This document shows positions 35,700 to 49,130 of a stretch of DNA of 60,000 nucleotides, one piece after another (the stretch's first letter is position 1; every line of letters begins with the position of its first letter). A program made the position numbers and the translations under genes. Origin of the DNA: Lama guanicoe (lineage: Eukaryota); assembly GCA_013239625.1 (NCBI GenBank), contig MU053934.1, positions 10,127,352 through 10,187,351 of the forward strand, in the 5' to 3' direction. Under the pieces are notes generated by a model. It was given only the letters and a program-made list of their open reading frames with translations, did not search any database and was not told where the DNA came from.

Positions 35700-35750
35700 C
35701 TTTTCTTTTCTTTTCTTTTCTTTTCTTTTCTTTTCTTTTCTTTTCTTTTC
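35700..35750 (+). repeat. (CTTTT)n pentanucleotide microsatellite
   Basis: About 10 perfect CTTTT units. Confidence 0.95.
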
Positions 35751-35869
35751 ACAATGCAGCAATTATATTACGCACTCACATTTTAATATTCCTTTTTGTT
35801 TAATATCTAAGCATTCCCCAAATTCATGAAGCATTTTTAAAAACGTCTTTTTAAAACATAGTGACACAT

Positions 35870-38800
35870 TCCTTTCAATAACGAGTAGGAAAACTAGTCA
35901 GAAGATCAACAAGAAACTAGAGAGAAAGCTAAGCACCTGAAAACCCACTAGACCTACCAGACGTCTGCAGAGCAGTGCACCCCTCACCGCAGGATCACGT
36001 ACTTCTCAAGTGCACACAAAACGTTCTCCCGGAGAGCCCATATGCTAGGTCATAAAGTAAGTGCCAGGACATTCGCAAGGATGGAAATACACAGACTGTG
36101 TTCTTTGACCACAATGATGTGGAGTTCGATATCAGTAACAGAAACAATTTGAAGAATTTGACAAACACGTGGAAATGTTAGAACATAGCCATGAATAAGC
36201 AATGTGTCGGAGCAGAAATCACAGAGGAAATTAAAAATTACTTCGAGATGAATGGGGATGAAAACACAACATACCGAAACTTGTGGGATGCAGTGAAAGC
36301 AGTGCTCCAAGAGGTATTTCTGTTAAAAAAGAACATCTTAAGCCATTGACTTGAGTTTTCAATTTCAGGAACTAGAGAAAGAAGAGCAAATTAAAGCCAA
36401 AACAAACAGAAGGAGGGAATAAAGACTAGAACAGAAGTAAATGAACTAGGGAATAGATAAACAGCAGAGAAAAGTTAATACAATCAAAGTTGGTTCTTCA
36501 GAAATATCAGCAAAGGCTGGCAAACCTTTAGCTAGACTGACCTAGAAAAAAGGGGAGAAGACTCAAATTACTGAAATTATGAGTGTTTTTAGAAATAAAG
36601 AGCATTAAGAAAATGCTGTGAACAATTTTCCAAATGAAGGAATGTAGATGAAATGGAGATTTTCCTGGAAAGGCACAAGTTACCAAACCAGACTGTGATG
36701 ATTAATTTTTGCATAAACTTGGCTAGGCTATGGTGCCTACTTATTTGGTCAAACACCAGTGTAGATATTGCTGTGAAGGTATTATTTTGGATGTAATTAA
36801 CATTTAAATTAGTCTTTTAATAAAGCAGATTATCCTGCATAGTGTGGGTGGGCCTCATTTAATCAGTTGAAGGCCTTAAGAGCAAAGACTGAGATTTCCT
36901 GAAGTGGAAGAAATTTTCCTTAAGACATAGAAATCCTTCCAGAGTTTCCATCCCACTAGCCTGTCATACAAATTTCAGGCTTGCCAGCCCCCCAAATTGT
37001 GTGAGCTTATTCTTTAAAATGAATTTCTCTATCATATTGATTTGTCAGTATGTATATGTATATGTGTGTGTATATATATATATGAACAGATTAAATTAGT
37101 AATCTAAAAAATTCCCACAAAGGAAAGCCTAGAATCAGATGACTTCACTGGTGAATTCTACCAAACGTTTAACAAAGAATTAACACCACTTCTTCAAAGA
37201 CTCTTTCAGAAATAGAAGCGAGGAAACAGTTTTCAATTTATTCTATGAGGCCAGTATTATCCTGATACCAAAATGAGACAATGACATCACAAGGAAAGGA
37301 AACCACAGACCAATATCCCTTATGAAGATAGATGTAACAGTCCTCGATGAAATACTAAGAAACTGAATGTAGCAACATAGTAAAGGGACAATGCATCATG
37401 ACAAATGGGATTTATCTCAGGAATTCAAGGTTGGTTCAACATATGGAAATTAATCAGTGTAATACACTGCACCGACAGAATACAGGACAAAACAGCATAA
37501 TCATCTCAATTGACACAGAAAAAGCTTCTGACAAAATCCAGCACTTTTTCATGATAAAAACACTCAACAAACTGGAAATAGAAGAACTTCCTCTTGGAAT
37601 CTTAAAAAAAGGACACAAATGAACTTTTCTTCAAAACAGAAACGGACTCACAGACATAGAGAACAAGTTTATGGTTACCAGTGGGTAAAGTGGGTGGGAA
37701 GGGATAAATTGGGAATTTGAAATTTGCACCTCTCGGGGAGTGATGGAAATGTCAGCTCTCTTGATTGTGGTGGTGGTTTCATTGGTGTACACATCTATCA
37801 AAATTCATCACATTGTACATCTGAAACATGTACACGTAGTTTACTGTACAGGAATCACACCACAATAAAGATGTTTTTTAAAAAAAGAGCGCCCATGAAA
37901 AACCCAGAATCAGTATCATACTTAATGGGAAGGACTGAATGCTTTCATGCTATGATGGGGAGCAGATGAGGATGTCTGTGCTCTCCGCTTCTGTTCAACA
38001 TCGTACTGTTCTAGCCAGGGCAGGTGAGCACGAGAATGAAGCAAGAGGCACTGAGAATGGAAATGAAGAAGTAAAACTGCCGGCCTTTGTAGATGACATG
38101 ATTTGTCTATAGAAAATCCAAAGGAATCCACCAAAAAATTATGAATGCTAGTAAATGGGCTCCGCCAGGTTGTAGGATACAGGATCAAGATCGAAACATC
38201 AGTTACATGTCTATACACTTGCAGTGTAGTATCCAAAAATGAAATTATGAAACAGTTTCATTTATAGTAGTATCAGAATGAATAGAATGCTTTAAATTTA
38301 GCAAAAAAGTACAATAATAACTCTGAAAACTATAAAACATTGTTGAAAGATACTAAATAATATCTAAATAGATGAAAAGACATTGCACATCGTGGATTGG
38401 AAGACTTAATAGTGTTGAGGTGGCAGTCCTCCCCCAAATGGATCTCAAGATTCAGTGCTATCCCTGTCAAACCTGTAGCAGAAATTGAGAAAAACTTATC
38501 TTTAAATTCATATGAAAATTCAAGAGACCCAGAGTTGCCATAACAGTCTTGAGGCAGAACAAAGTTGGAGGATTCACATGTTCTGATATCAAAACTGAAC
38601 TACAAAACTGCAGTCATCAGGAAAGCGTCATTCCGACTCTGGGTAGACACGTACGGAACGGCACAGAACCTTCGTATTTGTGGCCAGTTGATCTTCGACA
38701 AGGATGCCGAGACGGCTCCGCGGGGAGACGGTCTTTTTCAGCGCGTGGTGCTGGGACAGCTAGGTACCAGCATGCAGAAAGATGACGTTCCATCCCTGCC

Positions 38801-39903
38801 TCTCACCTTACACAAAAGTACAGTGAATCATGGGCCTAATGCAAGAGCTAAAACTTGAAAACTGTTAGAAGCAGCATTCGAGTAAATCTTTATGGCCTTG
38901 GGTTAGGCCGTGGTTTCCTAGCTATGACACCCAAAGCAAAAATGGCAGAAGGAAAAACAGGTATATTGGACTACAGGGAAGTTGAAATGTTGTGCTGGAG
39001 CTCCTACTCTCAGGAGAGGGAAAAGGCATCTGCAGAGGGGGGAAATGTTAGCAAGTCATATTTCTGGTAAGAGACATAGCCATTGCATGTGAAGAACTCT
39101 TACAACTGAATAAGACAATCTAATTTTAAACAATGGGCAAAGCATTTGAATGGACATTTGTCTGAAGAAGACAGATAAATGGCCAATAAACATGTAAAGA
39201 TGCTTGACATCATTCATTAGGGAATGCAAATCACAGCAACAGTGAGCTACCACCTCACTCCCCAGGTTAGCTGTCATCAAAAAGAGGAGCAGTAACAGAT
39301 GTTGGCAAGGCTGGGGAGAAATGACAAGTCTCCTGTATTGTTGGGGGACGTGAAACTGGCACAGCAGCTTTGGCAGACAGTCGGCACTTCATCAGGAAGA
39401 CGCTTACTGTGTGATCTGGCAAAAGTCTGCGCAGGCAGACTGACCGGAGCGTTGTTATTACAGCCTCCAAAACCGAAACCCAATCCAGATGTTCATCAGC
39501 CGATGAAGATGTAAGTAAAGGATGATCTACCCAGACAGTGGAATATTATCCAGCAGTGAAAAAGGATGAGGTACTGAGCTACACACTGTAACATGGAGGA
39601 TCCTTGAAAACACTGTGCTCAGCAAAAGAAACTGGTCACAAGAGGCCACACATCATGTGATTCCATTTATATGAAACGTCCAGAACAGGCAAATCTGTAG
39701 AGACGGAGCATAGATTAGTGCTTGCTTGCGGCTTGGGAGCAGATCTGGGGGAGCTTGGGGTTGACTGTTGCTGGGTTCAGGGCTTCCTTTAGGAGGGACG
39801 ACATGTTCTAAAATCAGGTTGCAGTGATTGTTGCACGACTTTGTGAACGTACTCACGTGGCCAGTCCTGTGGTGTGTGAATTGTGTCTCAGTAAAGCTGT
39901 CAC
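35870..39903 (+). mobile_element. ~4 kb decayed L1MB-like element (ORF2 remnants plus 3'UTR) with nested insertions
   Basis: L1 ORF2 motifs: ttctcaagtgcacac, ttcactggtgaattctaccaaac, ttctatgaggccagtatt, atcatctcaattgacacagaaaaagc, gtagatgacatgatt (FADD-like), ggatacaggatcaa. The 3' end reads gaattgtgtctcagtaaagctgt. Many stops and frameshifts. Confidence 0.92.
36694..37030. mobile_element. ERVL LTR (MLT2-like) inserted in the L1, followed by a (TA/TG)n tract to ~37083
   Basis: tgtgatgattaatttt...aacttggctaggcta...gatattgctgtgaaggta...gtgggtgggcctcatttaatcagttgaaggccttaa. The L1 resumes at ~37084. Confidence 0.85.
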
Positions 39904-39919
39904 GGAGGAAGCAGAGGCC

Positions 39920-40240
39920 CTGTCTCAGGCTGTGTGGCTGCCGTACAGGGGCGTGGAGAGGGGGAAGCGTGCTTCTCACAGCTCTGGAGGCTGCAAGCCT
40001 GAGGTCAGGCCACATGGCCACATTCTGGCGAGGGCTCTCTTCTGGGTTCTCGGAGACATCTTGTCCTCCTGTCCTCATGGTGTTGGGGGCGGGGCGCTCG
40101 GGGGAGTCCTCTTTTGTAAGGACACTAATCCCTCGTGGCCAGAGCACCTCCCAAAGGCCCCACCTCCTAACACCGTCGTCTGTGGGGTTGGGACGTCTGC
40201 ATCCACGTTTCGTGGGGACACGTGCTCAGGCCCCTTAGCC
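39920..40240. mobile_element. MaLR LTR (MLT1A/B-like)
   Basis: ttctcacagctctggaggctgcaagcc...taaggacactaatccc...cacctcccaaaggccccacctcctaacacc. Confidence 0.85.
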
Positions 40241-40350
40241 CGTTCTTCCCTTGTGAGGTGACATCAGAATCAGCAGTTTTCTATGAAGATTTGTGTGGTT
40301 TCTACTTTTTTGCTATTACTGATACTACATGCAGCATCTCTGGACATAAA

Positions 40351-40520
40351 TTGTTTTTTTTTTTAGGTTTTTTTTTAGGGTTTTTAAAAAAATTTTTTTA
40401 GTTTTGTTTTTCTTTTTCCTTTTTGTAACTGGAGTACAGTCGGTTACAATGTGTCAGTTTCTGGTGCACAGCACCATGTCCCAGTCATGCATATGCATAC
40501 GTGTATTCGTTTTCATATTC
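40351..40520 (-). mobile_element. Short young L1 3' end with a long compound T tail
   Basis: ggagtacagtcggttacaatgtgtcagtttctggtgcacagc. Candidate TSD tggacataaatt (40341-40352) and tggaaataaagt (40523-40534). Confidence 0.85.
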
Positions 40521-43500
40521 TTTGGAAATAAAGTCTCGGTTGCATTTTGAATTATTTTCTTGACATGCATTCCTAGAAGAGGCCTGAGACGACGGTTGGG
40601 TGCTTCTGGGTCTTGATAACGTTTGCCCGCTTGTTTACCAGGAGGATGTTTGGATGCCTGCCCTGCAGCCTCTCTGTCTTCGGGGTGTCTGGGCGTTGAT
40701 TATGGGCAGGTCTCCGGTGGAGACGGGACCGACATCTGTGCCCATGTGCTGGCGTGTGCATCTTGTCCACATTTATAGGTACTTCAGTGTTTGCTTGTCT
40801 GTGAGGCCGCGCCAACTGGGGCCAGAGCTCAAAGATACTAAGTGACTCGGTGAATTAGTTGAAGAGCCAGAAGCAATCAGTACACTCTGCAGTATTGACG
40901 TTTGAGTTTTCAGCCTGCAGGAGCCTTATTCAGCGGGCCTAATTAGGAACTCGAAGAGACGAAGGGGCGTGTGTGTGCGTGTGTGGTGGAACGGCGGCTG
41001 GATTGGAGCCTGGCGGCTGCGGTCCCTGTGTTGGCGTGCGCTGCTGTGGCAGAGGCACGTTTTGACGGAGAGCCGCTTCTCGGGGACGTTGCACGCAGGG
41101 CTGTCTGTTCCTGGTCCCCGAGGCGGGCGCCGGCCCGTTGGGGCTTGGTGGGCGAGGGGTCCGTTGGGGCGGTTTTCTGGAAATGCGGTGTGTGCGGTGT
41201 CCGCGTGGCTGTCAGTCTGGTCTCTGATGCGCCCTCATGCGGAGAAGCAGCTGGTGTTTTTTATGAGCGACGAGGAAAAGCTGCACAAGCATGAGCCGCC
41301 CCGCAAGGAAGCCCGCCCTTCCGCCGGCCCTGCTCTCTGTCAGCTGGTCCCGGTGCCACCCTCCCCTCGCTCCCCAGTCAGACCGCACGTGTCTGCAGGC
41401 TTTTCCTCTGACACCAACAGTGGTGGCTCGGGTGCAGGCTTTTACGCGTTAGGTGACGGTCCCCGACATCTCCGGAGCACTCTCCCTGGGCTGACGTGGG
41501 AGGTGGCTGAGGGTTTCAAGACAAAACTGCCCTCAAAGTCTCTCAGAACTTGGGCCTCCGATGCCCCAGATCCGAGAATTAATCCACCCCGTTTCTCCTT
41601 GCTCTCGGACGACGGCCTCCCCTTCCTCCAGGCCGCAGCCGCTGTCCAGCTGGAGTGGTGTAGGATTGTGGGGCCACCGATGGGGGTCTCTGCTGACTCC
41701 TCCCCAAATCTCTGAGCTAAACATACAGTTTAATGAGCTTGTGTACATTTCTTTTCATTCTAACGGTGCCCTCTGGGGTGGGCATTTCTGCTTTGAGTTT
41801 AGAAAAAAGGAGGCTTGAAGAGGTTAAGGAACTTGCCAGGGCCCTGGCCTTCCCGACCCGGAGTGCACGTCTCTGTTCCCTCGGGCAGCCAGGCGGGCGG
41901 CCCTGCCCTGCGGACCCTCCCACGCCGCCGGCCCCCGGCTCGTCTCCCCACTCACTGCGGGCGCCTTGCGCCTGTGTTTTGTGCCGGCCACTGACACCTA
42001 AGCCAAGAGTTGGTTCCCCCCATTTGTGGCTTAGTGACACACCACCGGAGTTCTCAGGTCGGATGCAGTCCTCAAGGCGGGGGTGGTGGGATCTTACCTT
42101 CCTTAATTGGGACCCTCTGTACCGCCTTTAAACCCTTCCATCAGGGAGCAAGCTTAGTTCCTTTCCACTGAAGTGCAGCTTCACAATTTTTCCTAATTCA
42201 TTTCCTTTCTTCCCTGTTTTAAATTGGAGTCACTGCTGAAGTGGGCCTGGCTCTGGCTAAGAGGGGCAAGCTGACAAGCACGTTAGTGTGCCCTTCACTT
42301 TTCACCCTCCCCGTATAAAGTGCCACGTAATCCGACAGCCGGAAACTTCAGCCGTTCAGCCCAGAGCCCTGAGGGACGTTCGGACTCATCCCGGAGTATG
42401 AAGCCCACCCAGCTCGGAGGGGGAGCGGCACCCCTGGGAGGATGTGGTGCCAGCCCTGCGTCCTCTTCCTAGAAGGACCCCAGCCCGCACACTGCAGTGG
42501 TTCCCAATTTCCCGGGCCCTGTTTGCCGGGCCTGGCCTCAGCATCCCTGTGTGATAGGGAGAGGCCCACAGAGGGGGCGGGCTGGGCTGAGAGCTCTGCC
42601 GTTCACCTCTGGAGACCCTCATTCCCCCGCCGCCAGCTCTAGCTTGCTTTCTGAATTGTTACACTTCACTGTGTTAGAAGCAGGAATTTGCAGAATGTTT
42701 CTTACCAGATCAAATTACATCTTGTTAATACTCATTTAACAACTCCAAACACGTCATACGTCTTTGTGCACACAGGCCACAGGCTAACTCCTCCTTAAAG
42801 TGCCACATGTGGTGGTCACAGCCTCTTAGGGACGGTTAGGGACGGGACCGTTCTCTGTGTCGGGGTCTGCCCTGTGCCACACAGGCGGCGGGCAGCGCTG
42901 GGGAGGCCTCCCTCCGTCCCGTGTGCTGGCTGAGGGGCCAGCGGGAGAGGGAGACGGGGACCCAGCTCTGCTGTGGGGGGTCTGCAGGCAAGACCCACAC
43001 CCCGCCACCCCGAGCAGCCCCCCCGGCTTAGTTTTGGGTGTGGCGTCACCTGTTCCTGGCAGCTGAGTGTTGTGTATGTTTTATTTTATTCATTGAAACT
43101 TCATTAGAATTGTAGAAACTTGCTGGCGTTTGGTTGTGAGGTCCTCATGGTGTGTTCTGTGGTCTGCTGTGTTATGTGTATTTCCAATTCTGTGTGACAA
43201 CTTGGGGAAAAAATTCCCTGCTTGCCGGCTGGTTAAGTTGTGAAGGAACGCCTTGTTCTGACGCGGGGAGGATTCGTTTCTGACGCACGTGGCCACCTGT
43301 GCGTTCTTGGAGAGGGCGCGTGCTCTGCTCGCCACAGTGGGACTTTCTGACTGAAAACGGCAGCAACCGTTAGCGAGTTCGCCGCGTCAGACTGCGCTGT
43401 GTGCTTAGGGACATCCAGGTCACCCTGAAAACCCGCTTTACCGGAGGGCGCGGGGTGCGAGGTCACCCTCAGGTGCTGGTGTGACCGGGCTGCAGACCCC

Positions 43501-45062
43501 ACCGCCCTGCCGCCTGTCGGGAGGAGCCTGGGACAGAGCAGGTAGGCTCTCAGTTGTGGCGGCGTGTTCTCTGGGTAGTAGTACTCCACAGTGCTGTGCA
43601 CGAGTGGTGCCGATCTGTCGGGTTTTTGGTTGTTTCCCTCTGGTTCAGGTGTAAATGCAAGGACTGGGGAGGTTTTCCTTCATTTCAGTGGCCAGCTCCC
43701 CCCCCCCGCGCCCCCTGCCCCACGTCCTGAAGTCCCCCCTCCCCGAGATGGGGGGAGGGATCGCGTGCTGGGACGGGGAGCAGGGAGTTTTCTTTTTCAT
43801 CGGCAGCTGGAGGCCTGGGCATCCTTGTTTTCAAGCTGTGGCCCTGGTCTGAGCAGTATCACTTACCCTTCTCGTCGTCCTGTACTGACTGGGGAGAGAC
43901 GCTGGGGGGTGGGTGGCTTGGTGGCGGCTGTTGGTTTTTGCCGCCTGCACGTCCTCCCTCCAGAAACCTTTATTTTCTGAGACCCATCAGCCCTCACTCC
44001 TCTCTGAGCCTTTCGTGTCCATCGCCAGGCCCTGTAGGTGACGTTCTTTTCTCCACAGAAACACGGGTCAGTCACAATTCCACCCTAGGTCCCTCTGTGC
44101 AGCGAACAGAGGTGACGTGGGGGAGCAGCTCTGGGGTGCGGTTGGGGGGCACGTGGAGGCGGGCGCGGTGGGCCCAGCTGGTGGCACAGCCCCACATGGC
44201 TCCCTGGCCGAGCTCTCAGGAGTCCTCCACCAACAGCTTGGAAAACGCGGGTGGCGCCACAAGTCTGGAGAGGAAGCCTGGGTGAGGGTCACCCCCTACC
44301 CCCACCCCAGGCCAGCCTTTCGAGTCCCCTCTAGTGACCTCCAGTGCCAGGCAGGGGCGAGGACGCCTGGAGAGCAGAACATGAGGCGGGCTGTCGGGTG
44401 GGGACAAGGGCTGTCGGGTGGCTGCTGGAGCTCAGCGCGGCGGTCTCTGAATGAAGAACGGGATGGGAACGGGCCTTGCAGGCAGACCTCTTGTGGGCAT
44501 GGACACCAGGCAGCATGGACACCAGCCAGCAGAGACCAGCAGAGCAGAAAGCAGTCCTGAGCATTTACTGACCGACCAAGGACGTCTTCACGAGCTGCTC
44601 CGACTGGGCCTGAAGTGTCTGGTCAGCTTTAAACTCCAAGGGAAAACAATTACTGTCCCAAAACCAAACAACAGAAGCTCATCATCAACTAACAGACTAA
44701 GCAGACCTGGGGACTGTTGAAAGTTTTGTCCATTTCTGGAAGCGGACCGTCAGTCTCAGGATTCCTGCTTTGTCCCTCATGAGCACAGCGCTGGGTTTTC
44801 TTGGTCAGGGCTGTCGGGTTCCCTGGTGGGCCCACGCGAAGGGCGAGGGGCTTTGTTCAGGCTACAGGCGTGTCCTGGGGTCGCCCTCGTGTTGGGGAGG
44901 GTGTGGACCTTCGGGGACGACCACGTGACCCAATTTTAGTTTTGGAGTTTCCGGTTTGAACATCTCAAAACTGTGCAAGGCTTGATGTTTGATGACTTTT
45001 ATTCTGTTCTTCAAAGATCGAGGAGAAAAGTCTACTTATTTTTGAAAAATAGAATAAAATCC

Positions 45063-46495
45063 ATTCTCTTGCAGCTACCATATGGGTCCATTGGACCTTT
45101 TTATAAACCTGAGATACAGTGTTAGATCATAGTAATTGTAGTTTTTTTCCTGTGTCTTAAAATATTTTGGTATTGTATCATCCTAGGAATTATTTTATCA
45201 TTACTCATCAATTATTCCTAACTGTGGTTAAAAAAAAAAGACTAAAATAATAAGAGAATGGAAGACTAGGAGATGGAATCATCTAGAAGGATGTGTGGTA
45301 GAGAAATAGACCTTCCCTTCTGTATGATCCTTCAGTTTCCATGCTGTGTTCCCCAAGTAGTTGTGTTATCTTTCAAGAAGGTGTAAAGAAGTCTGGAGAC
45401 ATTTTTTGTATCTTTTTTGGGAAGCTTTTATTGAACATACTAGATAATTTAGAACTTTTATACTTTTCACCCGTAATGACAAAGAGAGGAAAATTGGCAG
45501 AGGAAGGTGTTTCTCCATTATTAGATGGACCAGGAGATGAATGCAGAGAGACGGAGGGCAGCCCTCTAGATGCTAATGGTGATGGCGGAATCGATCATTT
45601 AAGCAGATTCTCAGACTGGGTTTTCAGCTGAAGGTATCTCGGATGAATTTTCTCAAACTCAGGCATCAGTGAGTGAACCGTGTAACTCTTACGGACATGA
45701 AGAAATTACGGTTTTTCCTCCAATTAGTCATCCAACAGGAAGGACTTCATCACTTTATATCTTGTGACAAGAATGTGGACCATCCCCTTTTGCCAAAAAG
45801 ATATGTGACATCTTTCATCTTGTATGATATTTGTGGACCAAACTTGGATGCAAATGGATAAATGCTGAGAGCAGGTGTGTCTGCAGGAGGTGACTAGAAG
45901 CAGGGTGAAGAGGAAGTTGTAGAAATGAAAAAAATCTACTGGCTTGATCATTCTGCTCCGTGCGTCTCAGTTGACAAATGCAAATTCTTTGTAAGTCTGT
46001 GGCAGATAAGTGGCTCTCCTCCCTTCAACAAAAGTATTGGATTTTGGAAACAAATACAAGAAGAACTAGAAGTAACAGTAAGCTGAAACTCTAACTAGAG
46101 GTGGACTTGAAACATGGTTGCATTTCAGCAATGCAAGTGCGAGAAAAACCAGAAGTCACGACAGGCTTGGGAACTGCCAGGGATGGACTGTGATCTGTTA
46201 TCAGCATTCACACACAATACGATCCAGATTCCGTCATGACAGTTAGTGAGCGATTATTTCCTTTCAGAAGATGTTGCCCATTTTTATACCTTCAAAATTA
46301 GGAATATATGGGGGGAAGTTGAGTTTACTATGTTTAAAATCTTATTAAAGTTTCCGGCATAGTTGTCTTTGACCCTCACTTTATTCTTAATTCTGTAAAT
46401 TACTTGTAAAGTGACTTAAAATATGTAAAAATGAATGGGTCCCTTGGACTCTGGTGAGGAATGGTGATGGTTTTTCCCGGTAGGCTGTGGGTTCA
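45063..46495 (+). mobile_element. Decayed piggyBac-superfamily DNA transposon (Looper-like) with transposase pseudogene
   Basis: AT-rich island. Acidic N-terminus MTKRGKLAEEGVSPLLD from ATG 45476; EMKK..GLIIL-like stretch at ~45922-45954; MTVSERLFPFRRCCPF/IPSKLGIYG at 46236-46312 versus the piggyBac (T/V)VDE..F.GRC.F..Y.PSKP.KYG motif. Subterminal palindromes GGTCCATTGGACC (45085-45097) and GGTCCCTTGGACT (46438-46450). Confidence 0.88.
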
Positions 46496-48790
46496 TGGAG
46501 GCAGCAGTGAGCAGGCGCCTGGTGTCCCCAGGGCTTTCCGAGAGCCTTTCAGAGTTTAGAGTCACCGCGAGGCAGTGACAGATGGACTTCTGTGCTGCCT
46601 CTAATGTGGCTGGGCTCCAGTTCTTGTTTCTACAGCACTATGGGTGGTGGAGAGGGCCTGTGTCGCCTTCCCGAGTTCAGGTGATGCTGGGAGACTTGGA
46701 GCGGCCGGGTAGGCAGTCGGTCCATGGCCGCGGGTGGCAGCGGGCCGTGCAGATTGACCACTCCCTCTGGAGGGCTGGAGCATGTGTGCGCCTTGCAGGC
46801 AGCCAGCCGATTTTTCAAATTTAAAACTTGGTGTTGTGATAAGTTAATTGGCCAAACTGGACCTGGATGGTAGGGCCCTTCCCGCTCTTCCTGCCGCCCC
46901 CAGAAGAAGACCGAGACCTTGGAGTTGCTTGTTGTAGCAGGAGTGCTCACCCCGGTGTGCCAGGCACCGCGTCTCACGCCTGCTTGACCTCACAGGGCTG
47001 CCAGCGCAGCTGGGGAGGCAGGCCCCTGAGCTGGGGGGCTGGCCAGGCCCCGGGCCACGCGGCTGGCTGCTCTCCGGGTCTGGACGAGGCAGTGGTGCTT
47101 GTGGGTCTTATGTCCGTTCCTCCTGCACTTGGAGTTGAGGCTGCTCCACACACTCTTTACATTGTATGTCGGTCAGGGAGCTGTCTTCTGCCGTGGTTTT
47201 CTTCCTTCAGCTCTGTTTTGGGTGTTCCCTCGTTCTGTATAAGGAGGCCTTTCTGCCTTCTGAAGGCCCCGGCTTCACCACTGCTGTTTGTCTCTTTGGG
47301 GAAGTTTCGGGGGCTCTCCTGCAGGTGATGAGACCTGGCTTCTCTGGTCACCGTCTTCCAGAGGCTTGGCTATGCTGCTGATGTCAGACGGCTGAGTTTT
47401 TGCTTCAGTGATCAGAATTGTATTAAAGAAGGATTCAAACCTCATTAATATTCAGGAGCCTTTCTGAATCCAGAAAGTGCCTGCGAAGCCCTCATGAGTC
47501 TAATAGACACAGCACACGTCGGTTAGGAGGGGCTCACGCCGGGCTCCCGTCTGTGCGGGAAGCGCGTCCTGCCCCAGCACTCAGCCCGCCGCCTCCTGAC
47601 GGCATCCTCGCCCAGAATCGTGTGCTTTCTGTTACTCCACTCTTCTAAGTAAATCTGAGTTCCAAATAGAAAGGAAAATCAATTTAATTACTTAGGAAAC
47701 TTTTCCTTAAGGGTGAGTGAATTATGAGGAAAAAATGAAGTGTCTGTCATCGGTAACCTCATTTCAGGGCCAAGTACGAGGGACATTGATCTTGTTGTGA
47801 AGATGAGGTGTCGGTCGGTCAGTGGGAGCAGGGAGCGCCCGCACAGGCACGTCCTCCCAGCACTGCGGGTGGAAGAGCACCTGCTTCTGGGACTGATGGC
47901 AGCGGGGACGCGGCGTGGAGCAGGCCCAGGGGACTCGCGCAGGCTCGGGGCAGGAGTGTCGAGGAGGAGAGAGCTAACTGCAGTTTGCGTAACCGGGCAG
48001 AGAGGGACTAGGAGGGCGCTGCCCGCCCCACGTTGGTCTCATGAGCCCCTCCCAGCCTCCCTGTCGCGTTGTGACTATTTATTTTTTAATGTGGTGAGAT
48101 TGTATTTGATGCTGATTGGATAATTTAAAAGTCTTTTAAACTTTAGACTCCTTTATTAGCATAAAAGTCTGTAAACACCAGGCTTGATGCTTCACTTGAT
48201 GCTTGATGCTTTTTGATCTTTAATAACTCAGCTGAAATTGGTCTCGAGTTTTGTAACATGAGGATACTTTCTTTTTCGTTACTGTTGCTTCTTTTTTTCC
48301 TTAAGAGGAAAAAGTGTCCTCAGAGAAGTTTGAGTGCAAAAATTTGATTTATTTTCTTATTCACAAAACTGAAGTGTAGGTTGGTTCTTTTAAAATGGAG
48401 ATACAGGTTTGTAGAGAGTAGGTTATTTCAATTTCTGCCATCGTGTGCTTGAGAGAGATTAAAGGGACAATTTGAAATGAGAAGCCACCTCTTCTAACTT
48501 TGCAACTTTACACTTTCAGCAACTGAGCCTCTCTGGAATCTGTGGGTTAGTCATGATTGTGGCTCTTAAAAGTCAAGAATCCCTGTCTTCTGGTGTGTGC
48601 AGTTTCTTTCAATTCCACAGGCTTTTATAAAATCACTCACGGTGGTAGGTTTTCAGCATACCAAGTTATGTAAGACATGATGACATGATTTTTGCTCTGA
48701 GGTAGTTTAAATTTCAGAAGGGATAAATGATAATTTATTATATTCATTCACTCAGCAGTTACTGCTGGAGATTAAAGATGTTGCTGATTG

Positions 48791-49130
48791 TGATGTTGGA
48801 GGTGGTGATGGTGGTGGTGATGGTGGTGGTGGTGATGTTGATGGTGATGATGATGATGTCACATGATGATGATGGTGGTGGTGATGATGGTGATGGTGGT
48901 GGTGATGGTGATGATGGTGGTGGTGATGGTGGTGATGGTGATGGAGGTGGTGATGGTGATGATGGTAATGATGTTGGTGATGGTGATGATGATAATGATG
49001 TTGGTGATGATGATGGTGGTGATGGTGGTGATGGTGGTGATGGTGGTGGTGATGATGGTGATGGTGATGATGGTGGTGGTGATGGTGGTGATGGTGATGA
49101 TGGTGGTGGTGATGATGGTAGTGGCAGTAG
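48791..49130 (+). repeat. Compound (GAT/GGT)n trinucleotide repeat, ~340 bp
   Basis: Directly visible; it generates spurious poly-His, poly-Met/Val and poly-Gly/Asp ORFs. Confidence 0.97.

Noticed and set aside
35870..39903. Active reverse transcriptase or retroelement system
   Set aside because: The L1 ORF2 is 5'-truncated, riddled with stops and frameshifts, and interrupted by nested insertions.
45300..46320. Possible endogenous viral element or processed pseudogene (coding-like AT-rich island)
   Set aside because: The motifs and terminal structure fit a piggyBac transposase rather than a virus or cellular mRNA.
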